DNA from: Hemiscyllium ocellatum
Lineage: Eukaryota
Reading direction: 5' to 3'
Length of the DNA: 64,000 nucleotides
Assembly: GCF_020745735.1 (NCBI RefSeq)
Contig: NC_083418.1
Location: forward strand, 49,679,776-49,743,775
The notes beneath the pieces were generated by a model. The model was not told the origin of the DNA. It ran no database searches and worked only from the letters and a program-made list of their open reading frames with translations. Shown piece by piece: positions 35,595 to 48,344 of this stretch. Position numbers and translations under genes: made by a program. The stretch's first letter is position 1; each line of letters begins with the position of its first letter.

Positions 35595-36904
35595 ATTATT
35601 TATACAGGTATCTGAGATCTCTTATATATTTGTTTCTCAATTTCTTGATGACTGTGGTGGGGGAGAAATGGGGGGAGAATAACCTAATAAGGTGATCATC
35701 CTTTCTTATTTTTAAGTTTTGCCCATATAAATTCACTGAACATTCTCCCATGAATATCCTCCCGAAGTACAGCAGTAATGTTATCCTTAATCAAACACCC
35801 TCTCCTCTCATCACTTGCCTCCCTTTCTATCCTTTGTATAGCATCTATACCCTAGAACATTAAGCAACCAGTCCTGTCCATCCCTGACATACTTATCTGT
35901 AATAGCTGCAATATCCCAGTGCCATGTTCCCAACCATGCCCCGAGTTCATATGCTTTATCAGTCAGGCCTCTTGCATTGAAGTAAACGCAGTTTAAATTA
36001 TCACGAAGGCAGTGAATCCGTAGGTGACCTGCTCTAGACTGCCTGCTTTAGTCCTGTATTCCGTATCTCTTTGTTCTGGCATCTCATTGGCTTGCAGGAA
36101 ATGTGCATGTCCTGCCACCCTTTTGAACTATCATGGTCATGGTACTGAAAAGGCTCTTGGTTGTACACGGCCATTTGTCTGCAAGAAAGTAGTCAATATT
36201 AATAGTGAGAGGAATAAATTTGCATGGCAAACCCTTCTCTAGTCTGATACACAACACCAGCATTGCAGCAAACTAAGCAACAGTGAAGGAACTGCTCTTT
36301 GCTGCCATGGTCTCTAGTATGTTGACCCAACTCTCAATATTTCAAGATGGGCTACGGTGCATATAAGGACTCCTCCAGTGTACCCATTATCTGCACAATT
36401 CTGAATTTGTCTTATATCTCACACAATTGAAGGCTGAACTGCTCGATCATTCTGGTTTTGAGCAAAGTATCAAGGAATTCTGATCCTTATGTCAGTAACT
36501 TCTTTCACTGCACAAGTGACCTGTGTATTACCCAGTGCACTCCCCTCACATGCAGTCTCTGATGGAAGTCTCTGCCCTATTGTTTACGAGAGAGAGGAGG
36601 GGCGCTGGTTGTTTCAGTGTAAATCTGGCTGCACCGGAATCACAATTAAAGGTGTCTCTATACAAAAAAAAGAAAAATATTATTTAAACTGGTACCTATG
36701 TCTGTTTAAACAGAAAGAGTAATATGGATCTCGTGTTGTGCTTCACTGAAGATTAATAAAATGTACAGCAAGAAGACATTGACAATTTCTTTGTGACAAA
36801 AATCCTTCTAACTTGCTGTCTGTAAGACTTCAAATAATTTCATCAAAATCTATGTAGCTACCTTCAGATTGAAGTGGAATATTTCAGTGTTTGGGACTTA
36901 ACAC

Positions 36905-37190
36905 AGGTGGCATGGTGGCACAGTGGTTAGCACTGCTGCCTCACAGTGCTGGAGACCTGGGTTCAATTCCTGCCTCAGGCGACTGACTGTGTGGGGTTTG
37001 CACATTCTCCCCGTGTCTGTGTGGGTTTCCCCCGGTTTCCTCACACAGTCCAAAAATGTGTAGATTAGGTGAATTGACCATGTTAAATTGCTTGTAGTGT
37101 TAGGTGAAGGGATAAATATGGGTTGCGGGTCGGTGTGGACTTGTTGGGCCAAAGGGCCTGTTTCCACACTGAGTACGCTAATCTTAACTG
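36905..37190 (+). mobile_element. HE1-type SINE
   Basis: tggcacagtggttagcactgctgcctcacag...gggttcaattcc. Confidence 0.8.
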
Positions 37191-37940
37191 ACTACTGACA
37201 CTTTCTTCAGATTTATAGTGGAAGCTGTGGTAAATAATACATTCACAGCTACTTCTTGGATCTCACTGACTTGAAAGTGACTGAAGTATTTTGTGGCATG
37301 GAGTGACTTTGTGCTTAATAGATGAATTCATGGTAACTGTCCTCTGTATCTTCTGCAGCTCCCTTTTTGTCCATTCCCTAGATGTACCATATTTAGGGAA
37401 GATTTCTCATGTTGGAAACATGGCCATTTTGATTTGCAACACATGCTTCTTGCCCATATGTGTAAATTCGAATAAAGTCACTTTTAACTATTTTTCTAAC
37501 ATGAGGTTAACAACATTTTAATCTCACACTCAATTTTTCCCAGTTTGAAGAACAGAATTCCTTCTTACATATTGATTATTGAATAGGTTTGTTTTTTTTC
37601 TCATCTCTGACTCCATCTTCATTCTTCTTTGAACTCCATGTCTTCTACTTTGGGACAGAAGATAACTAGATGTTTTCTTATTACTTCCATGGTTTTTATT
37701 TTCATCTTGAACATTAAGGCACATAATTATTGCAGCAGCAGTGCTGACTCTTGGTAAAGTATCTTAGCATTTGTAGAATGGCAGAAGTTGGGATGAAAAA
37801 TCAAAAGACCCCTAGTGTTGGAGTGCACAGTGCTACTAGAACTACTGAATATTGTTGTGTTCCTTTTCATAATTAAAATAAAATCAATATCTTTGTTACA
37901 TTATTAAGAGTTTTATTTATTTCAATTTTTATTCCAACAG

Positions 37941-38237
37941 ATAAACCAGAGATATCACCGATAACGTGCCAAACACCAGCTCCTAAAGTTGGCCAACCTG
38001 TAACGATTTCCTGCACTGTTACGGGATGTGCTTTAGGAGACTGTTGCATTACCTGGTACAAGGGTATTTACCCTTTTAAAGAAACCAACTGCATTGAAAA
38101 CAAACCATTTGAAAATGGTGTGGGTTTCACCACTTCGTTAACTTATACACCAAAGCAAGAAGATGACAATTGTCAGTTCTGCGTTGAAATTAATATTGAG
38201 ATGGACACAATTAGCAGATTCTTCACAATGAAATTAG
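37941..38237 (+). CDS. NCR3LG1-like: Gene 1 post-TM Ig domain 5, Cys-rich, DKPEISPITCQTPAPKVGQPVTISCTVTGCALGDCCITWYKG...DDNCQFCVEIN...FFTMKL
   Basis: Not in the ORF track because it has no upstream Met. Acceptor tttattccaacAG 37939-40, donor GTtaag 38238, 297 nt open, phase 1-1. The N-terminal half parallels domain 4 (PxVGxPVTxSC...WxKG). Confidence 0.85.
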
Positions 38238-38589
38238 GTTAAGTTGATCAATATATTCAGATTTTGCAGCTATAAAATGAAGTAACATTCTTGTTTAGAT
38301 TTCATTATGTATAATAAAATGTTTTCATACATATGACCAACAATAGCTTTGTTTGTATGTATCCCCATATATAGTCTGAGATTTACTGGTCAGAAACTTG
38401 TCCTGGAACATTGTAAGCTCTGTATCTATATGCAAGTACTAGTATTTTTGTTCTTGTTAACTGAATGATTAGAAGCAAAGGGAAAATCCATTACCGAGCT
38501 CCTAACAAGTTGAGTATTAAGCATACGCCTTCAAGGCCAATCTTTGTGTCAAAACAGAATAACTTAATGAAAGAAAGTGACGTAGAGCA

Positions 38590-38830
38590 GGACAGGTAAA
38601 AACAATGACTGCAGATGTTCGAAACCAGATTCTGGATTAGTGGTGCTGGAAGAGCACAGCAGTTCAGGCAGCATCCGAGGAGCTGTAAAATCGATGTTTC
38701 AGGCAAAAGCCCTTCATCAGGAATACAGGCAAAAAACCTGAAGGGTGGAGAGATAAATGAGAGGAGGGTGGGGGTGGGGAGAAAGTACCATAGAGTACAA
38801 TAGGTGAGTGGGGGAGGGGATGAAGGTGAT
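38590..38830 (-). mobile_element. Penelope pLTR fragment with hammerhead core at 38693-38720 (minus strand)
   Basis: Minus strand reads CTGATGA-a-GGGC-tttt-GCCT-GAAAC-ATC. Confidence 0.7.
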
Positions 38831-38864
38831 AGGTCGGGGGGGGGGGGGGTAGGGTGTACAGCAC

Positions 38865-40755
38865 AGTTCAAGCCCTTTGTCCCTCGATATTATGTTGGCA
38901 TTTTATCCTATTCTAAGATCAGACTAACCTACATACCCTTCATTATACGATCTTCCATGTGCTTATCCAAGAGTCACTTAAATGTCCCTAATGTATCTGA
39001 CTCTACTACCACTGCACACCCAACACACACACTCACTCTCTGTGTAAAGAACCTACCTCTGAAATCTTTCCTAAACCTTCCTCCAAATACTTTAAAATTA
39101 TGCCCTCTCGTGATAGACATTTCTGCCCTGGGAAAGTCTCTGGCTATCTGCTCTATCTATGCCTCTCAACACCTTGTACAATGTATCAAGTCACCTTTCA
39201 TCCATCTTCACTCCAATGAGAAAAGCGTTAGTTCCCTCGATCTTACTTCATAAGACATGCCCTCCAGTCCAGACAGCATCCTAGTAAATCTCCTCTGCAC
39301 CCTCTCTAAGCTTTTCACATCTTTCCTGTAATGAGGTGACCAGAACTGAATACAGTATTCCAAGTGTGGTCTAACCAGGGCTTTATACAGCTGCAGCATA
39401 ACTCTTGCAGCTCTTAAACTCAATCCCCCTTTAATGAAAAACAGCCATCCATATGCCTTCTTAACAATCTTATCAACTTGGGTAGCAACTTTGAGGGATC
39501 AATGGGCATGGACCCCAAGATCTATCTTTTCCTCCACACTACCAAGAATCCTGCCTTTTAACCCTGTATTCTGCATTCAAATTCAATCTTCCAAAGTGAA
39601 TGACTTCACACTTTTCCAGGTTGAACTCCATCTGCCACTTATCCGGCCTGTTCTGCATCCTGTCAATGTCCTGTTGCAACCTACAACAGCCTTCCACACA
39701 ATCCACAACTCCTCCAACCTTCATGTCATCAGTAAACTTATTAACGCATAACTCCACTTCCTCAGCCAAGTCATTTATAAAAATTACAAAGAGCAGAGGT
39801 CATAGAAGCGATCCCTGCGGGATACCATTAGTCATCAATGTGTTTTATCACATCCTCAAAGAATTCTTTAAGGTTTGAGAGGCATGACCTGCCCCTCACA
39901 AAGCCATGTGGACTACCTCTAATCAAACTATGGTTTTCCAAGTAATCATAAATCCTCTCCTATATTTTTGCCTACCACTGATGTTAAAACTGACTAGTCT
40001 GTAATTCCCAGAGTTCTCCCTATTCCCTTTCTTGATCACGAGAATAACATTTGCCACCCTCCAATCATCTGACATTACTCCAGATGACAGTGAGGATGCA
40101 AATACCATCACCTATGGCACAGCAACCTCTTGCCACACTTCCCATAGTTATCCAGGATATATCCCGCCTGGCCCAGGGGGTTTATCTATCCTTATGTTTT
40201 TTCAAAATTTTCAGCACATCTTCCTTTCTAACACATCAGTCTGAGTCACACTGTCCTCAGAAATGTCAAGGTCCATCACAGTAGTGAATATTGAAGCAAA
40301 GTATTCATTAAAGACTTTCTCTACTTCCGACTGCAAGCACGTTTCCTCCACTATCCCTGATCGGGCCTGCCCTCACTCTGGCCATCCTCCTGTTCCTTAT
40401 GTAGGTGTAGAACCATTTAGGGGCATGTATAGGGGAAAAAGCCAAGGTCCTTTCCCTGTGGTGGGGGAGTCCAGAACTAGCAGGCATAGGTTAGGGTGAG
40501 AGGTGAAAGATTCAAAAGAGAGCTAAGGGGTAACTTTTCACACAGAGGGTGGTGTGTGTATGGAATGAGCTGCCAAAGGAAGTGTTAGAGGCCAGTACAG
40601 TTAAACATTTAAATGGCATCTGGATGGGTATATGAATAGGAAGGGTTTAAAGGGATCTGGGCCAAATGCTGGCAAATGGGACTAGATTAATTTAGGATAT
40701 CTGGTCAGCGTGGATGAGTTGGACTGACTGTTTCCATACTGTACATCTCTGACTG
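38865..40755. mobile_element. CR1 LINE fragments (minus strand about 38865-40335, plus strand about 40410-40755)
   Basis: ORFs 39208-39423 and 39539-39769 with CR1 RT motifs. Confidence 0.85.
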
Positions 40756-41099
40756 AATAATAGTAAGAATAATAAGATACATTTGTTGACAACTGTTGGA
40801 TCCACTTTAAAATGAAGACTGTTTGCTATATTTGTTGTTTATATGTATCCACTATTAACTTAGAAACTATCAGTATTAATGTCTGTTTCAAAAAATGGAA
40901 AAGTTCTGAACTATTTTTGTATTCTGCTCATAACAATCTTGGTCTAAATTTGGCTTTTTGCTAAGGGTTTTTTTTATAGATGTTACTATTTAGAACAGTG
41001 TTTGTATTTTGATAAGACTATTCAACTGACTATTCAACTATTCAATTATTTTTTGAGAAATAGATACAAGAATAGATATTTCTGCTTTTTCCTCTCTAG

Positions 41100-41173
41100 T
41101 CTCTCTTACGACACACGCCCTGCAGTTGGGAAAGATAATTCAGGAATATTTTTCAGCACGAAATCTAAGCTGA
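41100..41173 (+). CDS. Candidate terminal coding exon of gene 1, VSLTTHALQLGKIIQEYFSARNLS*
   Basis: Strong acceptor tctgctttttcctctctAG, phase-1 entry open for 24 codons to TGA 41171-73. Three AATAAA at 41643, 41659 and 41711 in an AT-rich region downstream. No homology support. Confidence 0.35.
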
Positions 41174-41789
41174 CACTTCAGTATCGGAAAGTCTTCCAGT
41201 CTGGGGACACTGTCTTGCACATGACACATTAAAAAGCAGGCCCCATTTGCCTTACTGTTGGAGTGGGTGATATCATTACGGTATTTCATTGTAAGGAAGG
41301 TCAGTAGGCTGTCTTTGAAATGGGTGGTTTGATTTATAGTTAGCCAGGAGCCAGAGCACATTCAATTCCTCTAACACTTTCCGGCCAACTATTAACGTAT
41401 GCAAATGGAAACCTCCTGAAGTTGATTACTCTAACTCAGGGTTGAGAATGTTCATAGAGAGATCGAGGGGCCAGGTAATTGTCCATAAAAAAGTTACCAT
41501 TTGTCAGGCAACTATTGTCTAGTCAATGTCGGTCTCCAATTACCAAGAAACCAAAATATCTGAGCCATTGTATGAAAGATTTTTAACTGAGGTTTGTTTT
41601 TATTAATATTGATTAAATATCAATTTATGTTTTTAAAAAGTGAAATAAAGATCTGGCTAATAAAACTTCATTTATGTATTAATGTTAGTCTAACAATTTT
41701 TATATATCTAAATAAAGTATACATTTCTATGTTTTAAGTTCAGCAATGTTGTCACTTCATTGTAGGAATGTAAAATAACAGTGATTGAA

Positions 41790-43160
41790 TTTTGTGTTTA
41801 TCAAGATAGAGGAACCATCAACTTTCTAGAATCCATCATTAAGGATGAGGTTTCTAAATTCTTGGAAGAGCAGAGTCTGATTAGAACAATCAACATGGAT
41901 TTAGTAAGGGGAGGTCGTGTCTGACAAACCTGTTTGAATTCTTTGAAGAGGTGACATGTAGGTTAGACCAGGGAAATCTAGACTTCCAAAAGGCTTTTGA
42001 TAAGGTGCCACACGGGAGGCTGCTGAGCAAGGTGAGGGCCCATGGTGTTCGAGGTGAGCTACTGGTATGGATTGAGGATTAGCTGTCTGACAGAAGTCAG
42101 AGAGTTGGGATGAAAGGTTCTTTTTCGGAATGGCAGCCGGTGACAAGCGGTGTCCTGCAGGGTTCAGTGTTGGGGCCGCAGCTGTTCACATTATATATTA
42201 ATGATCTGGATGAAGGGACTGGGGGCATTCTAGCGAAGTTTGCCGATGATACGAAGTTAGGTGGACAGGCAGGTAGTACTGAGGAAGTGGTGAGGCTGCA
42301 GAAGGATCTAGACAGTTTGGGAGAGTGGTTCAGGAAATGGCTGATGGAATTCAACGTGAGCAAATGCAATGTCTTACACTTTGGAAAACAGAATAAAAGC
42401 ATAGACTACTTTCTAAACGGTGAGAAAATTCGTAAAGCCAAAGTACAAAGGGATCTGAGAGTGCTAGTTGAGGATTCTCTAAAGATAAACATGCAGGTTG
42501 AGTTCATGATTAAGAAAGTGAATGCAATGTTGTCATTTATCTCAAGAGGGTTGGAATATAAAAGCACCGTTGTGCTACTGAGACTTTATAAAGCTCTGGT
42601 TAGGCCCCATTTGGAGTACTGTGTCCAGTTTTGGTCCGCACACCTCAGGAAGGACATACTGGCAGTGGAGCATGTCCAGTGGAGATTCACACGGATGATC
42701 CCTGGAATGGTTGGTCTAACATACGAGGAACGGCTGAGGATCCTTGGAGTGTGTTCATTGGAGTTTAGAAGATTAAGGGGAGATTTAATAGAAACTTACA
42801 AGGAATACATGGCTTGGAAAGGGTGGACGCTAGGAAATTGTTTCCGTTAGGCGAGGAGACTAGGACCCGTGGGCACAGCCTTAAAATTCGAGGGGGTCAA
42901 TTCAGAACAGAAATGCGGAGACATTTCTTCAACCAGAGAGTGGTGGGCCTGTGGAATTCATTGCCGCAGAGTGCAGTGAAGGCCGGGACGCTAAATGTCT
43001 TCAAGGCAGAAGTTGATAAATTCGTGATGTCACGAGGAATTAAGGGTTACGGGGAGAATGCGGGTAAGTGGAGTTGAAATGCCCATCAACCATGATTGAA
43101 TGGCGGAGTGGAATCGATGGGCTGAATGGCCTTACTTCCACTCCTATGTCTGATGGTCTT
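41790..43160 (+). mobile_element. CR1-type LINE 3' portion of a different, younger-looking subfamily
   Basis: 246-aa open RT segment 42110-42850 (GVLQGSVLGPQLFTLYINDL...KFADD). Confidence 0.92.
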
Positions 43161-44214
43161 TCTCTAACCCCACCACCCCATGTTATCTGCAGAGAACAAA
43201 AAACATTTTTTGGTTAAGAATGATTATTCTTAAAGTCAAAGAGGAAAAGATGCAAAAAGATTCTGAAGTTTATTGATTTGGTCATATTGCAGGTGTAGTC
43301 ATGTGTGGTTCTGTCTGGGGAATTGGCAGACACAGCTTATTCAAGAATTATATCTTTGAAAAGTTCTGTACGTCACATTCTTTCAGAAGAACAATTGGGT
43401 TTCACAGTGAATTCACTACAAAAGTGTTGCCAAAACAAAAGACAAGATTGGCAGCTTGTTCTTAGCAGGCTTTCCCCAATTAACTCCAAAACAAAAGCTT
43501 CAAGCCTGAAAAGGTTGTACAAATGTGACCACCATAAAGCAGTCAGGTTTTATTTTCTTGAAGTGACTCAAGCAACCAAGTGCAAAAATTATCATCAATC
43601 ACATCATTTCAAAGATGCTTTGTTGAAAACAGTGCCATTGGGTGGAATCCTGTAGGGCTGTGAAGAGCAACGGCTATGGTGAGATTTATGGCAGAATCAT
43701 GTGAGAAATCCAACAAGTCCTATCTCAAATTTCGGAGAAACTTGATGCATTTTCAATGCATTTGCTGAACGCCAATGTGAGTTTCTCGCTCGGCAGCAGC
43801 TCATGGCCAATTAAGAGGGACTATAGCTTGTAAAATACTTTATAAACATCACAAATCACCTCATTAATATTCACCTTCCTCACTTACCAAATGTGCTGAA
43901 CAACTTATTGCTGGAGGTCTTAAGATGCATATACCATTGACACAGAGAATCACAAGTGCATGACAGTTCACACCAGAAACATTTATGCAGGAGCTCATAC
44001 TTGCACCTTTTGTCATCCGTGCCTCAAAAATGCCCTCAATAGGTTTTCTTCTTTCTCTCCCTCTCACTGTGTCATTGGATAGTCCCTGGCTCTCCAGCTG
44101 TAGAAGGAGCCTGTTCACAATTGGATCTTATTGGCCCTGGAATGTTGTTGGGGTAACCCCAGGGCCATAGGTCTGACATACCGAAGGTCGCCTTTCTAGG
44201 GGCAAGTTGACCCT

Positions 44215-44560
44215 CCTCAGCTTGAAAATGTGTTGCTGGTCAAAGCACAGCAGGCCAGGCAGCATCTCAGGAATAGGGAATTCGACGTTTCGAACATAAG
44301 CCCTTCATCAGGAATGAGAGAGAGTAGTCAAGCAGGCTAAGATAAAAGGTAGGGAGGAGGGACTTGGGGGAGGGGCGATGGAGGTGGGATAGGTGGAAGG
44401 AGGTCAAGGTGAGGGTGATAGGCCGGAGTGGGGTGGGGGCGGGGAGGTCAGGAAGGAGATTGCAGGTTAGGAGGGCGGTGCTGAGTTGAGGGAACCGACT
44501 GAGACAAGGTGGGGGGAGGGGAAATGAGGAAACTGGAGAAATCTGAATTCATACCCTCCG
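44215..44560 (-). mobile_element. Penelope pLTR fragment with hammerhead core at 44281-44314 (minus strand)
   Basis: Minus strand reads ttc-CTGATGA-a-GGGC-ttat-GTTC-GAAAC-GTC-gaa. Confidence 0.7.
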
Positions 44561-47500
44561 CAGCTTGAACCTCTTGGGGTCAGAGAGGTCAGGTAGAATT
44601 TTGACATACGTAGCCCAGAGATTAGAAGTGTTTTTGAACACTTTTGGAGGCAAAACATATTTTCTCTGTTAGAAAGCAGTATAGAACAGTTTGAGAAATA
44701 AGTCATCTTAGTAGAAAGTTAGTTTATGTAATTTCCAGAACAGGAGTATTTGATTAGAAATCTACAGATTCTTAAAAGACAGAGAAGATATAAGCTTTCA
44801 GTTTCATTGGTGATCATGTAAGAAAGTTCACAGGAAAGAACTGGGGAGAATCAGTGTGTCAGATTTAAAGATTTGGGATAATGAGCTAACTTCTTTGGAT
44901 TTTGTTCACTGTAAAGTGATAGTTTTGGGGAACCAATGAGACTTTCCTGGGTGTTTTCATATCTTTTAAACGTGAGTTCTGTATTTAAAGAGTTTAATTT
45001 GTTTTATAGAGTTGTAGAGTTCAGCCCATCATGCCTGTACTGACTATCAAACCCTTCTCTAGTCCCGTTTTCCAGCACTTGCTATAGCAAGACATCTTCT
45101 AAATACTTCTTAAATGTTGCAATCGTTCCTCTATTCAAGGCAGTGAGTTCAAGGAATCCTCTGGATGAAAAAGTTCTTCCTTAACTCCCTTCTAAATTAT
45201 CTGCCTCTTTCCTTAAATCAATGAACTTGGTTATTGACCCCTCTATTAAAAGGACAAGTTTCATCCTGTCTACTCTGTCAATGCCCCTCATAACTTTATA
45301 TAGCTCAATCAGGTGCCCCACCAGCCTTCTCTGAGGAAAACAACCCAAGCCTATCTAATCTCGCTTTATTTCATGATGAGTCCCCACTACACACATTCCA
45401 GATTAATCACATCCTCCTTTTAATTTGCCAACCAGCCAGCACTCAGTACTCCAGCTGTAGCCTAACCAACTTCTAATACCAACAGCCATCATAACCTCCC
45501 TGTATTACATATATATTCATAACCCCTTATCAACCTGTCCTGCTGCTTTAAGTTAAATTTAACTTAAAGATTTATTCTTATGTCGTAAACCTCTGCTATA
45601 TTGTTAAAGAACATCTGGGGTCTTGTGTACTTATCTTTCAGGAAATGACCACGCTAACTCAAAAAAAGTAATCAAATGAGATTTGGCTTGTCCAGCAGTA
45701 ACATCAACTGAGATCATAACAACTTGCCCTGGTAGCCCTCAGTATTATAACAGGCTTGCTCACCTCATCCTAGGAATTGTGACTACTGTTCCTTTGAATG
45801 CAAAATCCTGGGAACTCCCAGAGATTTGCTTAAACTCATCTAGGCTCTCAGCTGTGCCTTTACAGGGATTCACAGCAGCAGTCAGAGCCCCAGTCTAGTA
45901 CTAGTCTGCCAGCACTAGAACAAGAAACAGTCATTCTCTCATTTACCTGTTGTCTAAGGCAGTTTAATACCTATTCTCAAGCTCTGACTTTCACGGCACA
46001 TGAACACACTAACACAGACACCAGGGGTTGCAGTTGGTTTTTAACCCCCTTTTCTGCATGTCCCTGTGAAACACAAACATGTCTGTAGGAGGTGATGTCC
46101 TGCTGAGAGGGGTTGGGTAGTCAGGGTCTGGTTAGCTTTTTTTTGTATTTCCATTTGAACTTTCCCACACTTCTTCCCATGTCTCGAAGTTAAATGGGAC
46201 CAGTTCTTAGTGAGGTCAAGGGTGCTTATGATCGATTATAGAGTGTCATTACAGCTGGTCATTTGATTGTAGTAAAGGAAGTTGGACCCAGTCAGTCACT
46301 TGATCCCACCACTGCTTGGGGATCACTGTCTTTCCTATCTGTGGAGAGGCCTCAGTTATTCCTGCAGGTCAGGTCCAGCCATTCTGAGGATTGCAAGTTC
46401 ATTATTCAGGGACCTATGGACATTTCATTCTAGGGGCTGGACAATATTCAGTTAGAGCTATCTTAAACAATCCGTTTGAGAATTGGGCCATGGTTAATCC
46501 TGCAATTTAGGTTATAATCATCCGGGGTCATATCAGGAGATGATCCATGGAGTGTTGGATAAGTGGGAAACAGGTCTGGGGATGAGCTATATCATGTTGT
46601 AATACTGAGAGGCGAAGGACAATCAAGTTGCCCAATTCCAAATGTAAGGCTGAAAGCATTCAGAGCATAGGAGTGCATGGATACTGTGGAATCCAACTCC
46701 CTGTTGCTCTATTTCAGTGGGAGGACAGTGGATTAATATAATTGGTGTGGCAATGTAATAAGCCATGGTGCTGAGGGGGAAGTTGGGAATGCCAAAAGCC
46801 AAATGAAAGGTTGGATGATGGGGGGATGAAAACTGATGGGATTGACAGAGACAGCAACTCAAACCAGAACATGAAGAGTTAGGACTATTAGCCCATCTCA
46901 ACAAATCACTCACAAGAGCACGAACTGAATAGTGCACTGTTTTCAACTAAACCGCAACAAATAGAAAAGCAAAATGGCTGCAAACACATTAAGAGACAAA
47001 TGAGTAAGTTTATTTCTTTGTCCTACAGGTGCAGGTAAGGGCAGAGTAGACTAGTTTGTTATGTAAGTCTTTGCTCGGGGCAATTGCATTTATCAGGTAT
47101 CTGTCGATTGTGTGATGCCACACCTGTACCATCAGATTGCATTTCATATACAGCTCGTGCATTGGCCAACTTCTGGATATCTGAAATAAAAGCAGAAAGT
47201 GATGAAGAAACCAACTGTTTCTGTCTCTGCAGATGCTTAGTTACTGTTTCATGGCTGATGGCTCTTCTTTGGAAGTTCTGTTCCTAAAACACATTAAAAG
47301 TCTTGGCCTCAAGCAGTCATGACAATTTCATTACTTCTAATAATGGTTCTTTGTTATCTCTGCGAAGCTGATGTGACCGCTGCAGAACCTGAAAGTGTCA
47401 CTTGTGTTCACCAGTTCACAAACGTAGTCCACAGATCTATTGCTCCACACTGCTTCAGAGCTGATACCTTTGTACACTGAACTGTAAGTATGTAAGAACA

Positions 47501-47879
47501 TAGTCTGTTATATTCAATGGTGCATTTCTTGGCTATGTAAGTGAGATGGAGGACAACGCAATGAGAGTCTAGTCTTACCAGACTTATAATCTTGCTTTGT
47601 TGTTTAGTTTCAATGTTTTGCACTACACATATCTAAATAAGATGAAATAACTAAGGTCTATTTAGAGGCAGTACATTGCCTTCCACCTGGGAGTTCTCCT
47701 TGCCATAATGTATCGCAGCCTAACATAAAACTTCATTTCTATTTGTTATGACTGCTCAGGAATTATATCACTAAGAAGCTGTTTTGGTTCTGATATTCCT
47801 CAGAGAGTATCAGTACGCTCATCTCAAATGGACGTACAAAGGCTGGGAGTATTGTTACTGTCACAGTCCCACACATACA

Positions 47880-48300
47880 ATACAAAAGGAGGCAGCAATT
47901 ACAAAAACAATTCCTGGAGCAACAGAAACATCCAATGGTTGCTGAGCGGCCTCCAGACAGAGAGGGAAGCAGCAGCAGAAGGGCCCTCCAAGATGCAGAG
48001 GAAGATGAGGAGATCAGAATCTGTTATTTTCACTATCTTTTCTCCAGGTGTCCACAGTTCAGTAATGACTGGTATCCCTCGACACCATATCAGAACTGTG
48101 TCATCTACTGGAACAGGACTTGAACTCAGAAGGATTGGGTAGTCATCCCATTACAGTGGCCATCAAAGTAACAGCAGAACTTAATTTCAATGTGACTGGT
48201 TCATTCTAAGGAGCTACATGCTGATAGGATCAGGCGGTGTACGCTTCATGGTTGTGGATGCCACTGGTGCCAGCAAAAGGGAAAAGAGGGCATTAGTTGT
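47880..48300 (+). mobile_element. PIF/Harbinger transposase relic
   Basis: 48147-48209 translates PITVAIKVTAELNFNVTGSF*, resembling the Harbinger/HARBI1 motif LPVAVKVTAALNFYATGSFQ (from memory). Confidence 0.6.
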
Positions 48301-48344
48301 GCAAGGAGGTAGAAGTTTGAGCATCTGAAGAATGAGTTAGAATT

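Noticed and set aside
37211-37229. Tiny AG...GT candidate exon
   Set aside because: In-frame TAG.
43305-43655. 116-aa ORF after gene 1 as an extra exon
   Set aside because: No Ig or TM features and no phase-compatible acceptor-donor pair.
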